DNA of 52,335 nucleotides from a virus: IMG/VR virus record IMGVR_UViG_3300033463_000194, positions 1 to 52,335 of that record; one strand, 5' to 3'. Shown piece by piece: positions 50,010 to 52,335 of this stretch (position 1 is its first letter; each line of letters starts with the position of its first letter). The notes under the pieces were generated by a model. It saw only the letters and a program-made list of their open reading frames with translations, ran no database searches and was not told where the DNA came from. The position numbers and the translations under genes were made by a program.

Positions 50010-51572
50010 TTATTGTTCTTGGCTGTCTATCTGCTCTGCCTGTGTAATTTTGTTGTTTTGATAGTTATTTTCGTTTTTGTTCGATACGTTTTCGTTACCT
50101 GCTTTTTTTCCTAATACACTAACTTGTTTTCCAAACAATCTTTCTTGTTCCATTGTTAATTGGTGAGGGTCGTTAAATAAGTTAACTATGCTATTAGCAG
50201 TTTCTCTAGGAATATCACAAGCATATAAATTCATTAATCCTTGTGTCTTAACAAGTAAATTATCTCTTTGGTCAATTTGTAAGTTATTATCTATTTGACT
50301 AACTTGTAATGATGTTATTTGACTATTAGATACGCTCTTACAAATCTTTAAAATTACTTTTAAAGTCTTCTTATCACAATCTTTAATCATATTCTCATCA
50401 TTTTGTACTCTAATTGTTGAACTTGTATAACCTTGACCAGTTGCTTTTGCTTTACCAGTATCACCACTTGTTAATTCACCATTTTCATTGGCTTTAGGAA
50501 TACCTAATATCATATGTAAAGCATCAAGTAATCTGTTATACATTGTTTGTGTATCATTACTATTAAGTCTTTGTTCTAGTAATTCAACACTTGCCTTTTG
50601 ACCTTCAGTAGAAGCAATTGATAAAGCACCTAATTCTTTAATTTCTTCTAGTTCTTCTTGACTAACTTTAGCATTAACAAATACTAAAATTGAATTAACA
50701 AATTGTTCTAGGTCATCTTTATCTAAACTCTCTACCTCATTTATATTATCAAACAAATCTTTTCCAATTTCAATTAATGAAATTCTTTTACGATTTAAGT
50801 AATACTCTTGAATAATATGTTCACCTACTAATAAAGTTGTTGGTTCTCCAACTCTTTTTAGTTCTCCCGACTTATCATTATATACAATAGATTTGTTTCT
50901 CAAATATACAGTATATTCTTGATAAGGAGATGTTACATATGTTACTTTGCCGTTTTCATCGTATATTGTTTCACCTTTATCATTTTGAGCAGGAATTAAT
51001 TGTTCCATATCAGTAACGATATAAGCAAATAGTTGTTCATTACCTAGTTTACTAGAATATACAACTTCTGTATCTTCTACAGGACAATTAATAAGTTCAA
51101 AAGGAGATTGGTCATCTTCGTTTACAAATGAACTATCTTTGTTACAATATCTAAAACCTCTACCACATACCAACTCATCTTCATAGATTTCTTGGTCTTT
51201 AGTAGTTTTACCTTCATATTTGCAATAATTATTAAGAACTGATACTTCTTGGCTATCTTTATCATCTATTTGAACATATCTAATAGGTTTACCTAAAGAT
51301 AATGCCTTTTTAAAATCTACGAAAGCATAAGCCCAGTTTTCTACGATTTTATTATTTATCTCATCTCTAGTATATTTTTCTTTTTCCTTAATATCTTGGT
51401 CACCATAGTAATAACCTTTTAAATATAAAGTATCCCTTCTGTTTTCTTCGTGTATGCCTTTTGAATTTAATAATATGTCAATAATAGTTTCATCTAGGTC
51501 TGTATCGCTCTTTTTAAGTAATTCTTTTTCAGTAATATTTGCAAGTATGGTTGTTCTACCATAAGTTTTCAT
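50010..51572 (-). CDS. Portal protein
   Basis: 520 aa, immediately downstream of terL. Confidence 0.85.
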   Translation of the reverse strand: MKTYGRTTILANITEKELLKKSDTDLDETIIDILLNSKGIHEENRRDTLYLKGYYYGDQDIKEKEKYTRDEINNKIVENWAYAFVDFKKALSLGKPIRYVQIDDKDSQEVSVLNNYCKYEGKTTKDQEIYEDELVCGRGFRYCNKDSSFVNEDDQSPFELINCPVEDTEVVYSSKLGNEQLFAYIVTDMEQLIPAQNDKGETIYDENGKVTYVTSPYQEYTVYLRNKSIVYNDKSGELKRVGEPTTLLVGEHIIQEYYLNRKRISLIEIGKDLFDNINEVESLDKDDLEQFVNSILVFVNAKVSQEELEEIKELGALSIASTEGQKASVELLEQRLNSNDTQTMYNRLLDALHMILGIPKANENGELTSGDTGKAKATGQGYTSSTIRVQNDENMIKDCDKKTLKVILKICKSVSNSQITSLQVSQIDNNLQIDQRDNLLVKTQGLMNLYACDIPRETANSIVNLFNDPHQLTMEQERLFGKQVSVLGKKAGNENVSNKNENNYQNNKITQAEQIDSQEQ

Positions 51573-51636
51573 TCAATCACCACCATAGTGTCTTTATTCA
51601 ACATATATGTATCATAACAAAAATCAAAAGTCAAAT

Positions 51637-51666
51637 AAAAAGTCAATAGTAAAATTGACTTTTTTT
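51637..51666 (-). terminator. Terminator-like hairpin between terL and portal
   Basis: AAAAAGTCAAT-loop-ATTGACTTTTT (10-11 bp) followed on the minus strand by TTTTTATTTGAC. Confidence 0.5.
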
Positions 51667-51667
51667 A

Positions 51668-52335
51668 TTAAAATGGTCGTTTAAAAACACTAACTTTAGC
51701 ATTCATACTATATCTTTCAACTATTTCTCTTGTAAAGAAGGCACAACTATCGGTTGCATCATCGTGTTCATTTCTCCCATTTGTATTATAAGTTGTTAAT
51801 TCGTTCATAAACATACCCAAATCAGTTTGAATTGACACGTTATTTTGTGTTGGAAAGAACAATCTTTTCAAAATATTATAAGATTGGTCGATAATTCTTG
51901 TTTCCTTAACTGCTGTATTGTATTTTTCTCTAATATCACAGAATGTAACACCGTTATTTTTTAACATTTCAGTCAAATTTTGTGATAATTCACTTGAAAC
52001 ATTACTTTCTATAATCAATGTAGTAATATGATGTTCAATAATTTTCTTACAAATGTCGTTATAAAGGTCTTTAGTAGCCGTTTGTGTATAGATACAATCC
52101 TTTAAATAGTAATAATCTAGGCCATTTTCATCATCATCTCGTTGAAAAATAGGCATTGAAAAGAAATCTCGACCACTTCTTCTATTAGCATCTATTACAG
52201 CATAAGTGCCTTCATAAGTAATTTTAGGCAATTTTTCATATGTTTGTAATCTACCCCAAGAAAACATCATACTTTCAGGGTCAACAGGCTTTTGTTGGAA
52301 GTTAGTTTGGAACAAATAATCTGGTATTTTACGCT
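51668..52335 (-). CDS. terL: Terminase large subunit, C-terminal nuclease part
   Basis: The ORF is open to the window end. It carries an acidic RNaseH-like nuclease-type motif, NEHDDATDS, and lies immediately upstream of the portal gene. Confidence 0.88.
   Translation of the reverse strand, partial: RKIPDYLFQTNFQQKPVDPESMMFSWGRLQTYEKLPKITYEGTYAVIDANRRSGRDFFSMPIFQRDDDENGLDYYYLKDCIYTQTATKDLYNDICKKIIEHHITTLIIESNVSSELSQNLTEMLKNNGVTFCDIREKYNTAVKETRIIDQSYNILKRLFFPTQNNVSIQTDLGMFMNELTTYNTNGRNEHDDATDSCAFFTREIVERYSMNAKVSVFKRPF
52209..52335. repeat. Second copy of the terminal overlap (equals 1..127)
   Basis: Identical to 1..127. Confidence 0.9.

Noticed and set aside
2422-50061. Listed ORFs lying antisense to, or out of frame within, confident genes: 2422..2652, 5050..5232, 5519..5725, 12169..12423, 12335..12592, 12830..13018, 13917..14108, 15047..15268, 15276..15476, 17695..17940, 20933..21118, 22311..22556, 22334..22546, 23962..24291, 24239..24517, 25588..25809, 26545..26799, 27100..27744, 28161..28358, 31479..31712, 31975..32220, 33677..33910, 34346..34552, 35748..35939, 38108..38383, 39054..39323, 39545..39856, 42820..43005, 44310..44522, 45324..45560, 45877..46074, 46800..47042, 47076..47282, 48885..49070, 48923..49123, 49011..49241, 49750..50061.
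   Set aside because: Their translations are low-complexity and rich in Phe, Leu, Ile, Ser and Cys, which is typical of antisense frames in AT-rich DNA. None has an RBS, and each overlaps a gene with clear motifs or operon context.

Overview
The window is a complete, circularly closed phage genome. Positions 1-127 are identical to 52209-52335, so the unit length is 52,208 bp. The phage is very AT-rich and siphovirus-type (long tape measure, no sheath gene). The host is probably a low-GC Firmicute, likely Clostridium-like, judging from AGA/TTA/ATA codon usage and an M23+SH3b endolysin.

Layout:
- Late operon (minus strand, wraps the junction): terS, terL, portal, a GIY-YIG homing endonuclease, scaffold, major capsid, two paralogous decoration proteins, connector and neck proteins, major tail protein, a G/G-T chaperone with an A_AAA_AAC -1 slip site, tape measure, Dit/Tal-like proteins and three fibre genes.
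- Late accessory cassette (27592-31892), followed by holin and endolysin (26605-27536).
- Early/replication operon (minus strand, 26250 down to 11775): replisome organizer, G39P-like loader, RecT, DUF1351-like protein, GT2 glycosyltransferase, an interrupted C5-methyltransferase-like gene, an interrupted MBL-fold gene, a tyrosine recombinase, and two HNH homing endonucleases.
- Plus-strand block of small acidic early genes (6694-11651).
- A gene-poor control region (2830-6690).

Headline candidate: 2832-3936 is a transcription unit bounded by a promoter and a terminator, about 1.07 kb long and free of ORFs, on the minus strand. It contains three paralogous long-helix modules. Their inner helices covary, and their non-Watson-Crick positions are G.U only in the minus-sense RNA. 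I read this as a large structured phage ncRNA that I cannot assign to any family by eye.

Other notable items:
- an adjacent sRNA gene of about 80 nt;
- a 25-26 bp terminator-like leader hairpin, with a pseudoknot/antiterminator partner, in front of the replication operon;
- a G8 tract splitting the methyltransferase-like gene exactly at a formal G_GGG_GGG slip site;
- two dispersed arrays of TTCTATGTTCTAA and dense TTTACA iteron-like clusters;
- a late cassette with a GerE/sigma-region-4-like regulator plus Cys-rich, Tyr-rich and C1q/BclA-CTD-like proteins.

All protein calls come from motif recognition by eye and from gene order. No database search was possible.
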